This document shows, one piece after another, positions 12,502 to 25,691 of a stretch of DNA of 64,000 nucleotides. The stretch is from positions 1,674,001-1,738,000 of the forward strand of contig OZ193910.1 of NCBI GenBank assembly GCA_964276515.1. Reading direction: 5' to 3'. The notes beneath the pieces were generated by a model, which saw only the letters and a list, made by a program, of their open reading frames with translations, searched no databases and was not told the origin of the DNA. Both the position numbers and the translations under genes were made by a program. The DNA comes from Gordius albopunctatus. Lineage: Eukaryota. Within the stretch, counting starts at the first letter, position 1, and each line of letters begins with the position of its first letter.

Positions 12502-15500
12502 CTTCCCCCCTTTTCACAAAGATAATGTTTTAGGTAGCTTGGGGCCTGTCGTAACCGGCGCGGGTATCTAACCTCAAGCGGGACCTTGTTAAGCTCCAAA
12601 GCCATGGGAAGGGCATTGTGTCACCCGCTTTTGTAGCGGCATTGTCCTTGGGAATCATTGGCCGGGAACCATGACTGGACGCCGTTGACAAGGGGCTTGC
12701 ATCTATTGGCTCATTTGCAATGGGACTTGATCGGCCATCCATTTTCATGTCCAACCATTCTCCAGTCTACTATTTTCCTCGGTCTTAACTGATCCAAATG
12801 TCGATGATGACTTTTTCCTAGGGCCTTAATATCGAACGAACGCGGCTCGCGCTTGGAAATAATGGTGCACTCCACCCATTTATCGGGCCCCATAAACATA
12901 CGCATCCACACTGGGTCTCTGACGTCAAACGTGCGCGATTTTCCGCTCTCCGTCCAATGTTGAGGTTCGATTTCCCGTAAGACTTCCCACTCGGTTCGAA
13001 TTTTCCGCCCTAACATTCCTTCTGCAGTAGTTATCCCAGTCGCTGCGTGGATAGTTGCCCTGTAATTTTCTAGGAATACGCTTAAATCAATTTCGGACTT
13101 GTTGCGCACCACCGCCTCCTTTGATAGTCGCACGTACCTTTCCGTCAATCTATTTGACGCGGAGTGATAAGGTGCTGACCAACCCTGTTTTATCCCCCTA
13201 CGCCTAAAAAATCCTCGAATCTCCTGGCTTCTAAACTGCGGACCGTTATCCGATATAAGGACTGGTGGGCTACAGAACCTGGCGAACACCTTAGCCAGCT
13301 TTGTGATTATGGTTGAGGTTGACGTATCTTCTAATTTGAAAACCTACCACCATTTTGTTCCATTTTCCACCAAGACTATATACGACTTGCCGCGCACCGG
13401 CCCAAACAAATCCACGTGTACCTGGATCCAAGGCCTAAAGTTTTGTTCATCTTTGATCAACGGAGCCCATTTTGGCGCTGCGGCCGTGTAGCGCTGCACG
13501 CTCTGCAACTTTTTGCTAGGTTTGCGATATCCTGAATCAGTGTTGGCCACCATACATATTGAGCCGCCACCTGTTGAAATTGCTTAACGCCCACGTGGCC
13601 CTTGTGTAATCGTTGTAGCACCGCGTACCTTAATCTGGCTGGAATGAGGACTCGTCCTCCCTTGTAGAAAATAACATCATTGGACTTGTGTAACTTCGGC
13701 AGATACCTTTCGTATAGGCGCATAGTACCCGCGACTACTGTGCCATTCTGCGTCCCATTTATCCATTCTTTGAGATGCCGTAATGTCTTGTCGCTGGCGG
13801 TGTACTGTCGTATAACGTCAAGTGGGATAAACGCGTTAGCGGTATCCTCTAGTACCTCTTCGGGAACTTGGAAAGCCTGCTCGCTTGGTCGTCTCGACAA
13901 AAAATCGGCTGCGTTATCTTTACCCTTGCTATAAACAAACTTCGCTGTATACCCGGAAACAAATAAGGCCCATCGCATTAACCGCGGTGACCACTGTTTC
14001 TTCCCTCTTTTGCTTTGATCGAAAATATATAACAATGGCTTGTAGTCCGTTAGGATATAAATCTCTCTTCCCTGTACAAAATCATTAAACTTCTTTATTC
14101 CGTAAACTACCGCCAAAGCTTCGCGCTCTAAAGTAGAATAATCGCCCTCGACTTCGTTTAGGGCTCTTGACGCGTAAGCCACTACTCTCCATTCTCCTCC
14201 CGGCGGTCGCTACTGTAATATAGTTCCAAGTCTTTTTCCCGATGCATCGACTGCTAATCCTGTTTCCCACTCTTTGTTAAAGTAGGCTAACACCGGGCAG
14301 TTATAAGCGCCGTCTTTATGTTTTCAAAAGCTGCCTGCTGCTCTTCACCCCACTGGAAAACCGTGTTCGCTTTCGCCAACCTCTGAATGGGTTGAACTAC
14401 TTGGGCGTAATTCTTGATAAACTTCGCGAAATATGATGTAAGGCTCAAAAAGGATTTGACCTCGTTTTTATTTGTTAGCTGCCTCCATTCCAGGACCACT
14501 CTAGCCTTCTCGTAATTCACCTGTACCCCTTTGTTGCTGACTTCTGTAACACCCAGCACGCCCTTGGCAAAATTAGGGACGAAACCACAATCGTGCAACT
14601 TTGTCAGCAACTTATACAACCCTTTATTGTGGATCTCTTCCGTATCCCCTACTACCAATAAAGAGCCTAAGACTCCCGTCGCTCTTTCGCACTGGCAGCA
14701 ACGGGCTTGCCCAGCGCGAAAATTCCACCGGCTCAATTATGTCGTCATTAAGCCACTTGTCCAATTCTTCCTCTACCTCTCTCCCCAAAGCTAAGGGTAC
14801 TCGCCATGCTGGGATAAACACCGGTTTGATCCCATTTTCCACTGGCACGTCGACTTCAATGTCCCTCACCGCTTGCGGATTTGCACCCTTCTGCACCGTC
14901 ATCCGCCGAACCATATCTTTGACGTGTCTATTGGTTACGAGCGGCTCTTTTGGGAACTTCTCCTCCATGAAATTCACTATGTAACGCTCCATGTTCGCAA
15001 ATTTCACGTGGCTAGCTCCCATATGTCTTTTCCGAACTCTTTTATCCAATTCGTTCCGAGTAAGGGTGGTCCCTTTACATCCGCCACTAACAGCGGCAGG
15101 CGCTTCCGGGTGGAACCTAGAAGGGTCTCGACTGTTAAATCACTGATAATCTTTATCTCCTTGCCGCCGAACGCATATACGGAAGGTCTCGGGTTTGTTT
15201 GCATCGGTAAGCGCTACTTCCACAAGTTGGTTGGCACGATTGTAACGGTGGAGCCCGTGTCCATCAGAAAAGTTATCAAGGTGTTATTGACATATAAATC
15301 AATAGTCAAAATATCTAATGCATGGCCAAACCTGGTCATACTCGGGCCCGTCCTCGTCGCGTTTACCGAAAATGCCTCATCCACTGGCTGGTGCATTGTC
15401 TTCCACGGCCTTGTCCCATTTGAGATCCCTCTCGGTCATCAACGAAGCTTGCACGATTAGATCGCGGAGTCCTAGAATCAGCTGATCGAGCATCCTGGCC

Positions 15501-15630
15501 AGTCTTTTGAGGCCTGGTTGAGCCTGCGTATGAACTGTATCAGCTCCTCACCCTGCATTTGTCGAATATTTCCAAAAATGAATCCTTGCACAAGAGGGCA
15601 GGTCTGCCCCTTAAACACCTTCTTCGCTCT
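12502..15630 (-). mobile_element. Decayed Ty3/Gypsy LTR retrotransposon internal region (gag-PR-RT-RH-INT)
   Basis: gag-like RQ..GE....FI.RL / DQLILGL, protease FLMDTGS, RT start (WASPLLPVRKSDGSLRL) with the YxDD core deleted, RNase H AYASRAL...YSTLEREALAV, integrase HKGHVG...CRAC, HVDLFGP, SDNGPQF. Multiple frameshifts. Confidence 0.93.
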
Positions 15631-15925
15631 CTATAGCACGGCGCTAACATTGAGAATAATTTTAATTGTTTATTAGATATTAAAATACAATAACATGGGT
15701 GAGTTGAGTACGCACAAGCTCATATTAAACTCTATTGTTTTCATTAAAATTATTATCATTTTTAGTGCCGTGCTATAGCTCTAGCGCATTTAAGTGCTAT
15801 CGGCTATAGCTTTAGCGCCTTAAACCTCCCCTCTCCTATAGCTCATAGCACCTCAAACCTCCCATCTTCCATAGCTTTAGCGCCTCAAACCTCCCATCTC
15901 CTATAGCTTATAGCACTTAAGGTGA
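15631..15925. repeat. Inverted repeat plus about 32-bp minisatellite, truncating the Gypsy 5' end
   Basis: CTATAGCACGGCGCTAA... (15631-15668) is inverted at about 15743-15779, followed by about 3.5 units of CTATAGCTTTAGCGCCTCAAACCTCCCATCTC. Confidence 0.7.
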
Positions 15926-16994
15926 CTATGTGCTAGTAGACATAGCGTATTTAATAGGCTATTCCCATCAGCGTGGAGGTGCTAAGCGCGCTAGTGCTAA
16001 GCGTTTTCCCATCAATACGCCTTGCTCCATCCCTGTTCCAAACCCCGTTCTACCTCGCCCCAAACCTCGTTACACCCCGCTCCAACCCCACATCATCTAA
16101 ATATTATTTTGTATGGGAGGCGATGCGCTACTAATTACTATGGTATGCCACATATGCATAAGTTAAGAGAGGGAGGGGTAGGGGATAGTTATTGTTAATA
16201 GATATGGTGCGTGCTGTGCAGGCAGTGTGCACCGATTTTAATTTTTAACTATAATAGTGGTGTTACACCTCTATAAGTAAAAATGGATGCATAAAAGTTG
16301 GAAAAAAACAAATGTTTTAAATTCAATTAGAAGGAGGGGGGGGGGGGCAAAACATAAAATTCGTTAAAACTTTGAATTATAGTGGTATTGTTTAAAAAGG
16401 CTTTAAAATTCACTTTTCAAAAATATTTTTGATGACGACAATATATTGTTAAAGCTTAAAAAATACCTGGTATTAAATAAGACAAAGCATTTTTTATGTA
16501 AAAATTAAATTTTTTATCACTAGCGGATTTATTAAAATCGTTTACAGATGGCAATAACCTAAATAATACATTTACATTTATTATTACAATATAGTCGAGT
16601 ATTTCTTTGATATTATTATTTTATATATTGATATTAGGATACAATATTATTTTAATTTCTTTTTTAAATCTAAACAAATGATAATTATTAATTTTATAAA
16701 AAAAATTGCTTAGTGGTTGTAGTTTAGTCAAAATATTAGGATAAAAAAACCATACCTTATGAATGGAAACTCCAAGGTGGGTTTGTCAGGGTTTTGGGAT
16801 TCGTTCCGACCTAAGGGTTACCTTAAAAAGTCGCATACCAATTGGAACAAATTATAGGTTGATTATAACTAGCATAGATAATATGATACTTTTCAATTAG
16901 TGACGTCATTTCATATTTCCCATCAATAAAAGTTCATTACAAAAATAAATAACTATTAAATACAAAAATTATAAAATCTTCACATATTTCCATA

Positions 16995-17230
16995 CACAAC
17001 CCAAAATGACCAAAACCAAACCAAAAGGTTACCAAAATAATTCACCTAAACGCCAAGGGTGTTTTTTTTGTAAAAACGCCAAAGGTCGACCAAATTTTTC
17101 CGAAAAGCGCCAATACACCAAGGGTGAACCAAAATAATTCACCCAAACACTCTTGGTGTATGAGTGTGAAAAGCGCCAATACACCAAGGGTGAACCAGAA
17201 AAATTCACCTAGACCAATCTAAAACCTTGG
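16995..17230. repeat. Degenerate tandem repeats at the break point of the RTE fragment
   Basis: AAAAGCGCCAATACACCAAGGGTGAACCA occurs twice about 66 bp apart, plus shorter variants. Confidence 0.6.
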
Positions 17231-17234
17231 TTTT

Positions 17235-19162
17235 TTACAACACTAATACATATTCAGTTTTATCTCGGTTGACCCTAAGGCCTTTGCTTTCAATTCGTTC
17301 CATCCACACTTTTACCTGCTCTGTTAATTCCACGTTTGAGCCTGCGCACAGGACGATATCATCCGCAAAGAGCATTGCCCAAGGTGATTCGCGTTTCAGC
17401 TCCTTCGTTATCGAATCCATTATTGTTATGAAGAGCAATGGACTTAGGGCCGATCCTTGATGCACACCGAAATTTAGACTGAATCCCTTTGATGTACGAC
17501 TGGATGGCCGAACTTTGTTTTTTGCGTTTCTATACATATCCTTTATTAACATTATATAAGAGTCGGGTACACCATTGGAACTCAGGCTATCCCATATCAA
17601 CTGCCTTGGCACTTTATCGAAAGCTTTCTCAAGATCTATGAAACACTTATGAAGATCCTTTTGTTTTTCCTTATATAATGCCATAAGTCTCCTAAGACCA
17701 TGTATTGCATCTGAAGTCGATTTTCCAGGCACGAACCCAAATTGTCGTTCATCTATTGATATTATTTTTCGGAGTCTAGCTTCTATAACCCTTTCCCACA
17801 CCTTCATTACGTGACTCGTTAACTTTATCCCTCGATAGTTGTTGCATTCTTGTACATCTCCCTTCAATTTATAGATAGGTATAACATAGCTTTCCCTCCA
17901 CTCATCAGGCATCATACCACTTGCAAGTATTTTGTTAAACAGCTTTGCAAGTAGATGTACACCTAAGGGTCCTAGCATTTTAAAAGCTTCCATAGGTATA
18001 TTATCAGGTCCCACCGCTCTACCCATGGTCATCTTTTTAAGCACCTGGTCCACCTCTTCCTCTGTCACTTCTAACGCTGGGTCATATTCATAGGTCTTGC
18101 TTTCGCAATGGTCCGAAAACACATTTTCACTGTTTAATAATTCTTTATAGTATTCTTCCCAACGATCTATGATTTGATGGTCCAGGTTAGACTGATGCTT
18201 TCCTTGCTCTTTATAGATTTCACATTTACCACTTCCTTTGAGTTCATTGCTCTGGTGTTTGCGATTTTGTAGATCATTCTTTCCCCTTCTTTACTGGTTA
18301 ACTTGGCATTCAAATTTTCGTAGACCTCTTGTTTTAGCTTTGTTTACACAACGTTTTGCCTCGTTTTTAACTTTCGCATATGCCAATCGTGTTTCTTAAT
18401 TTCTGTAGCCTGACCATAATTTGTAAAGCTTTCTTTTCAACTTGACCAGGCGTTGCACGTCTTCGTTTCACCACCATGTCTCCTTATCTTTTTGTATACC
18501 TGACCTTCTTCTAGAACACATCTCGCTACTGACCGTGCCGTGTTAGCTATGTTATTCCACATATCGTTAGCATTCTGCTGATCATTTATTTGCAGACTTT
18601 CAACTATTTGGTCATTGTAAATATCTTTCAATTTTGGTTTACAGAACCATTTGATTTTCCCATTTAATCTCTTCGGCTTTTGTGTTTTAGCCTTGGAGAT
18701 GGTATAGTCCATCACAAAAAGTCTATGCTGGGCTGCAATAGCTTCACCTGGTATCACCTTACAATCTCGTACATTATTTAATTCCTTTCTTGATATTAGG
18801 AGGAAGTCAATCTGCGAAGATGGATTTCCACTTTTGTACGTTATTAGGTGATTTAAATTCTTTTTGAAGAAGGTATTTGTGATGGCAAAATCAAATGCTA
18901 CGGCTATTTTCAATATTTCATCGCCTTCATCGTTTCTCGCTCCGTATCCATTTTCACCATGGTACCGTTCAAATCCTTCTCTTGTTTTGCCTACGTGACC
19001 ATTCATATCCGCTCCAATTATAACTATCTCAGTTCTGGGTATCATTAGCAGCGTTTCGTCTAATTCTTTTCGAAAGTCCTCCTTTTCTTCATCTGTGCAT
19101 CCTGTTTGCGGAGCATATCCGGAAACTACATTAATCATTTGACATTCTATGCATAGTTTCAA
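17235..19162 (-). mobile_element. RTE-clade LINE internal fragment (AP endonuclease to RT core), frameshifted
   Basis: SGYAPQ, GADMNGHVG and SQIDFLL (APE); NYRGIKL, QFGF, FIDLEKAFD, GVHQGSALSP and MLFADD (RT). Confidence 0.92.
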
Positions 19163-20966
19163 CTATAAAAAAATATATACAGTCTATATATTTTTGTAAT
19201 TAGAGAATAAACAGCGATTTAAATAATGTATATATAAGTTTTAATGTATTCGAATTTCGAATATAACAAGGGGTATGAATAATAAACAGCGTAATATTTT
19301 ATGTTTCCTTTTAGTTTTAGAGGTACCACACAATTCCCCTCCCTATTTACAATAAGTGCTGAAAATAAAATTACTCCGCTAGTTTAGTTTGCCAGTGAAC
19401 TAGGCATTCAGACACATACATATACAATTTTTTTATTAGCAAAAATGGCCATTTATATATTTTTGTCCTTTAAATTTAAAGGTTTGTCTTTGTTTAAAAT
19501 CGTTATGTATCACAAATAAATATTTTGAATCCATAGCTCCTTTACAGGCATGTTCTTACAAATCATTTAAAAATTTTTGTTAACCACACTTTTAAATATT
19601 TAGCACGGAATTTTTAAAGTAATTCCATGTTATAAAATCAACTGTCATTGTACATTATATTCTTAATACAAAAGGAAACCAAGAAAATAATAAGAGGTTT
19701 CCCTTTCTTCTGGATGATCAGCCAAAAATTCCATTCTTGTTGGTACTATCCACTTCAATAAGGAAATATAAAACTATTGTTATTCATAATTACGCTGTAG
19801 AGTTTATCAATAGGATCAATATTCAACCAATGAGAATCATTTTGATAATATAAATATCCTATGTGTATTTATTATACTGATGATTGATTTTTACTAGATA
19901 GTTAGAATTTATTGAAATATTGTTTATTTGCTGAAAATCCGGAAGTTTTGCAATTAAATAGGAAAAATACAGATAACATATAAAACGTAAAGCGTATATA
20001 ATAAAAGTCAATTATTATAAACATAGTCTAGATAGACTGTCCATCAACGTATAAAACGTGTACCGTTTTTTCCACCATTTTTATTAACATGAGAAAGTAT
20101 GATATGATTATATAGATATTAGTAATTTTTTGTAAATTAAATAATTTTAAAAAGGTAAATAAAAAATAGCATTCTAAAATAAATATCATTTACACCCAAC
20201 ATAAAAATGTAAAAACTGTGATGAACGTTTGTTTACTAATTCAGCGCCCTATATATTTTGTATAATATTTATTTATTGACGTTCATTCAAATTTATTAAC
20301 TAGTGAGGGAGGTAAATTAACTCTTTATTGACTTCATTTATTTCTTATATATATTTAATTTTTGATATATATTAATAAGGGAACGATTATAAAAAAAATT
20401 TTAAGATTTTTCCCTAAATTTAATTTAAATTTTGAAATGTGCAAAATCTTAATTAATAAGGTGATTTTTCAATATATTACAAGTATTATAACCGATTAGA
20501 TGAGAAAATATTTTATTTAATACATAATTTAATTTATTTCTTTGTAAATAAATTTCTATTTTTAAACTTATTAAGATAGAGTAAGTAGTTTTACAATTTA
20601 ATCTTTAGAGGGATATATTAAGCCAAAATTATTTTTTATAGTAATTGAATAATCATTATTATTTAAAGAATTATTAGGAATAGATGATAATAAGGAAATG
20701 CTTAATACAAATCAATGTACTTGATAATAATGAATTTATACTTAGAATTATGAGTCTGTCTTTTTGCTATCACTTTCTAAAATCTATTTATTACATAACA
20801 TAAAAATAATATCAATAGTTTAATTATGTAATACCAATCCTTTGAATAATATATCGAATTTGTTTGAAACAATGGTAATCTGGGATTGATAAAATGATAG
20901 GGCGGAAATGGGTTTAGATATTTCGGTCGTCCAGCAACCATTGTCAATAATTAAAAAAAATAAAAA

Positions 20967-21420
20967 GAGGTCTTCTATGATCCCCTGGGAGGATGGTAAG
21001 TTTCTAGCATGGGACTTTGCCTGCATCAATATTTTTGCGCCAACTAATAATAATTATAACCCACTTTCTTGTGCCGAAGATCGCAAAACACTCAAATACC
21101 GAGCCATTGCACATTCTAAGATTTTTATTCTAATAGTAGCTTCCTGTTCGGCCACTTTTGGCAAAAAAGCATTAGCTTTTTTTAAATCGATAGGAAACAG
21201 ATCCCCAAAAACTAAATACTCATCCAGCTTTATTTTACGCCAAAAAATCGGCATTCTGATAGCTAAATATAATTACAAATCTTTTTCTGACACATGGCCC
21301 GTGTTGGCTATTGATGATTGTGATGAATAATTTATTTTTTATTTATTTATAATATTATTTTAAGCCAGTTTATTGTATATTTCATGTACCAATATTAGCG
21401 AATAAAAGCATTTTAATCAA
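20967..21420 (+). mobile_element. CRE-clade non-LTR retrotransposon, short 3' fragment (RLE C-terminus and 3' UTR)
   Basis: IPWEDGKFLAWDFAC...AEDRKTLKY...ASCSATFGKKALAF aligns with the C-termini of the two longer copies; AATAAA at about 21401. Confidence 0.85.
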
Positions 21421-21562
21421 TTACAAGTGAGGTGAATAAATATGAATGACGAGGTAAAAATTAAAAAGAGGAGGTATATATAAGGACACTTATTGAAATA
21501 GTGGGTTAAACAACTTTAAGATAAAGGATAAGATAAAGTACAAGAAGGATTAAAAAAGAAGC

Positions 21563-23793
21563 GATAGCATTCTAGATGCCATCTTATCCTTTCCCATGGA
21601 TTCTGCAGGTGGTCTCGACGGCATAAAACCAATTTTTTTAAAAGATCTTATAACAATTGATAATAATAACTCCTCAATCTTACTAGACTTACTCACCAAA
21701 TTTTGTAACCTTTTAGTCAATGGGAGTATACCTAAAGAAATAACGCCCATAGTCTTTTTTGGAGCTAAGCTTTTAGCTATTAGGAAGGCCGACAATTCAG
21801 CCAGGCCTATCGCTATCGGCGGTGTCTTTCGAAGAATTATTTCTAAATTAATTTGCTCGGCGATCAAACCAATATTGACCCCTACTTTAATTCCGCATCA
21901 ACTAGGCTTTGGGGTCAAAGGAGGGTGCGAGATAGCTACCCATGCCGCACGCTTAGCCCTGGAACACCTCCCACCGGGTGACTCCTTTATAAAACTGGAT
22001 TTTAAAAATGTTTTCAACAGCATTCGCCGCACTGCTTTCATTAATGAATTTATCAAGCTGTTTCCCCAATACACCAATTACATAATTTTAAGTTATGGAT
22101 GCCCTTCGATTTTGAAATTTGGAGAATTCTTCCTCGAATCCGCAGAAGGGATCCAACAAGGCGATCCTTTAGGCCCCCCTTTATTCTGCTTGGCCATAAA
22201 TCACCTAATTAACGAAATTAACAAACATTGTAAACTCACTCTTAATGTCTGGTATCTTGATGACGACACTCTTGTTGGGACCCCTGACAACCTAGCCCAA
22301 GCACTAGATGTAATACATGCTTTTTTCCCCACTCTAAACTTATGTTTAAACGCCTCTAAAAGTGAAATATATTCTGACTTAGATGATATTCACCCAAAGT
22401 TTTTTGACTTTGCCAAAATTAAAAAAGACAATTTGTATGTTTTAGGCGCACCTATCGGGGGACCCCAGTGCCTTAAAAAATTTTTAGACAAAAATCTCTC
22501 TTCTTTAAAAACCAAATTAGACATTTTTAAATCTATGCCATCTCATCATTCTTTTTATATTATAAAAAATTATTACAACATTAGCAAAATTTTATTCTGC
22601 TTCCGCTCCACGCAAGATTTTTTATTTAAAGAAGTTTTACACGACTATGAAAACTTTTTTAAATTCACTCTTAAATCAATTTTAAATATTTCCTTTAACA
22701 CCAATACTTGGCTTCAAGCCTCACTTCCCACAAAATCCGGTGGCCTAGGTATTCGCTCCCCATCTGCGATTTCCCTAGCCGCCTTTATTTCTTCCTCTCT
22801 ATCTTTTAAACATCATATCAACGACCTTGTCCCATTCCCACTTAATCCCTCCATAAATCAAGCCCTATCCTTATGGAATGAGAATGTCAATGTAGGAGCT
22901 AATATACCACAATCATACGCTCAAAAAGATTTGGATGCAAGTTTGGTGTTGCGGTCCGTTGCTTACCTTCTCTCGACATGCGACGCCAAACAGCATTGCA
23001 ATCTTAGGTCATTGGCTTTCGACCAATCCGGACATGAATGGCTTGAAGCTTACCCTAGTAAGTTTTCGGGTATGTTTTTGGAGAATCCTACCCTTTCCTA
23101 CAATATAGCCCTCCGCTTGGGCTGTAAATACACGTCCTCATACCCCTGCCGGCTTTGTAATTCACTTGTAGATGAAGAAGCACGTCACCCTCTGCATTGT
23201 AAATTTAACAAAAGCCGGTATGGTAGGCACCAAAAAATAACTGCTTCAAGCTCCCTCAAACGGGCAAAAGCCCCTTCGATCCTTGAACCTTCAGATCCCT
23301 CTCTCGAAGGGCGGATGCGCCCGGACGGTTCGTCTCTTATCCCATGGGACAAAGGCCTTTTACTAAAATGGGACTACACCTGTATTGACCTATTTGCGCC
23401 CTCCAACGATACTCACGACCCCCTTGGATCGGCAGAGCATCGGAAATTCCTAAAATATTCAGCTTTATCCCAAACCTCGATTTTTATTCCTATCGTCTCA
23501 TCGTGCTCAGGGACGTTTGGGAAGAGCGCGTTAATTTTTTTAAAGAACTCAATAAACGCTCGCCCCCTTGTAAAATATCGAATAGTTTTTTACTACGACA
23601 ATCAATTGCCATCGCGATCGCTAAATCTAATTTTTATTCTTTGATGGATTCAGTGCCCATTCTCAAAGATGAAGAAACGGATATTGAGTTTTAATCATTT
23701 TTTTATATAAATGTTTTCGTTCTTGTATCTTTTTATTAATTCCACTCAATATTTAATACTTTTTATTTAATAAAGCATGTCAATTCAAAAAAA
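21563..23793 (+). mobile_element. CRE-clade non-LTR retrotransposon (RT, CCHC zinc knuckle, restriction-like endonuclease), 5'-truncated, C-terminal frameshift
   Basis: SAGGLDG, RPIAIG, HQLGFG, LDFKN, GIQQGDPLGP, WYLDD, GGLG, CRLC...HPLHC, RH, RPDG, WDYT; AATAAA followed by an A7 tail at about 23787-23793. Confidence 0.92.
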
Positions 23794-23829
23794 TATGGTG
23801 TGTATAATGGTAACAGGTAATTATAGAGG

Positions 23830-24005
23830 TAGGTGTGGATGTATTTGATTGTAATTTCTGAATTGTCCTGGTTGGTCATTGATTTGGGGCTTGAGGCGGT
23901 CGATTAGAACGCTTTCGATGAATTTTCTTTCTTTGTTATACAGAGCTCGGTAGAGGACAGTCTTTTTAATTTCTACCTCGTCATTCGTGTGGTAAAAACG
24001 ATATG
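23830..24005 (-). mobile_element. Penelope-like element relic (GIY-YIG endonuclease C-terminus)
   Basis: Manual translation VLYRALYNKERKFIESVLIDRLKPQINDQ resembles the R..ES..I...KP.LN end of Penelope endonucleases. Confidence 0.55.
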
Positions 24006-25274
24006 TCCCTGTTCTTATTAAAAAAGTACTAAACGGACTTAAAACAGATAGAAAAGAGATTCAATCCAGATTAAATATAGATTTTAACTTTGTGTTTATT
24101 ATTTTTTATAAATGAAAGAAATACAGAAATATTCTAAATACAGCATAAATATATAGTAAAAGCAATAAGGTTTTTAGTTAATCTATCTAATGTATTTATA
24201 TAAATTCCTGGAGCGCATTATTACCTAAACCTGATGCGATTGAGCTTCATAATTTGTCGAAAACTATATTACCAGCCTTTAAATTTAAGACTAATAGCTA
24301 AAATCAATCTTAATGCCAAAGCAAGATTGCATACTAAGATTACCATATTAAAATAAAACTATTAAGTTAAAATCCTAATTTAAGAGTCAAGTAAAATACA
24401 CTCATTTATAAGTTCAAATATATTATACTAAAATTTAAAAACGGGAACAAGTGTTATATTAATTTATAAGTTACTAAAAATCAAAATATAATTCTATTAA
24501 ATACAATCATAAAAGCTTGCGATATAAGCGAAACCTATTATACAAACTCAACGAGCACTCAACAAGGCTTAATAATTCATTACTTTACTGTTTGTTACAA
24601 ATACAAAATCTATTAATCTCACCTTCATAAATATTTGTTTATCGTAAATTGTTCTGAAAACGATTGATCATAAGTTATATTAACAACCTTGGATTTATTG
24701 CCGTTCGTGTTGTAAACACTTTTAATGCTGATATTATGTCATAAGCAGTTTTGAGTTGGCTTCTTTGACTTTATAAAAATTTTTATTAACACACGCTTAT
24801 TGATATCAACTTTCATAAATTTTCGTTATTTACTAAGGAAAAATAGATAAAATATGAAATAGCTAGAAGTCCAAATTCATATCATTAAATATACATTACT
24901 TCATATAGGAATAATATATAGCACTAATAAAAGTATATTGAAGTTGGTTTATTAATATTATTATATAGCAGTAAAAGTAACCAGCAAAATTTCTTTAAAA
25001 TAAAACTAAATTAATAGTGAGCAATAAAATTTTAATTAGTGTAACGATTTGATAAAAATAATAATAGGTTTATAATATATTAAACTAAGTATATTTATTT
25101 CATTTCCATAACTTAATCTACACCTTGCTTTGAAAGCACGCAGTAACAAGCATTATTAAATAGGCCCTTTTAAAATAAAAATGCCAAACTTGGGTTATCG
25201 ATAGCTTATTTTGACACTAACAGTTATATATTAATTAATTTTAAGAAAGAAAGTGGAAAAATACAAATTCCTCA

Positions 25275-25420
25275 CCAATACTGTTTTTGTACCAGTAGTA
25301 GCCACGACCTTCGGTAATTTAGGTCCCGAGGGCAGCCAATTCCTTAAACAATTTTTCTACATCAAGCAGAAAATCACCATTGAAATTGTAAAATCTAACA
25401 CAATCTCGATCCATGGCTAG
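25275..25420 (+). mobile_element. Small CRE-like RLE C-terminal relic
   Basis: Manual translation VFVPVVATTFGNLGPEGSQFLK resembles FIPIVSSCSGTFGKSALIFLK in the other copies. Confidence 0.45.
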
Positions 25421-25691
25421 ATGCCAGCTTATTAATTAAATATATTTTAGCATATAAAATACATAATTAATCGGAAATAAACTTTTATCGATAAAAAAAT
25501 TTAAGAATTGCTTCCTTTTTAAGTTAATATAAATAATCATTTTCCAATAATTGCTTCGCAGCATTGGCCCACTCATATCTCTCTTTCCATACAATAAACA
25601 TATATAAGCTATTCTCATACTCTACACCTTTACATTTGCACATTTGAAATAATAAGTCTACCAATTTTTTCCCGTCATACCGATCTTGAAA

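Noticed and set aside
14873..15460. 195-aa plus-strand ORF and other ORFs antisense to Gypsy and RTE coding regions
   Set aside because: Shadow ORFs on the reverse strand of GC-richer TE coding sequence, with no motifs.
19560..19960. Possible decayed coding sequence (also 30700-31330 and 38950-39560)
   Set aside because: Only short open stretches and no motif I could identify.
21596..23644. Retron, DGR or group II intron reverse transcriptase
   Set aside because: The CCHC knuckle, RLE motifs, poly(A) signal and tail identify a eukaryotic CRE-type non-LTR element.
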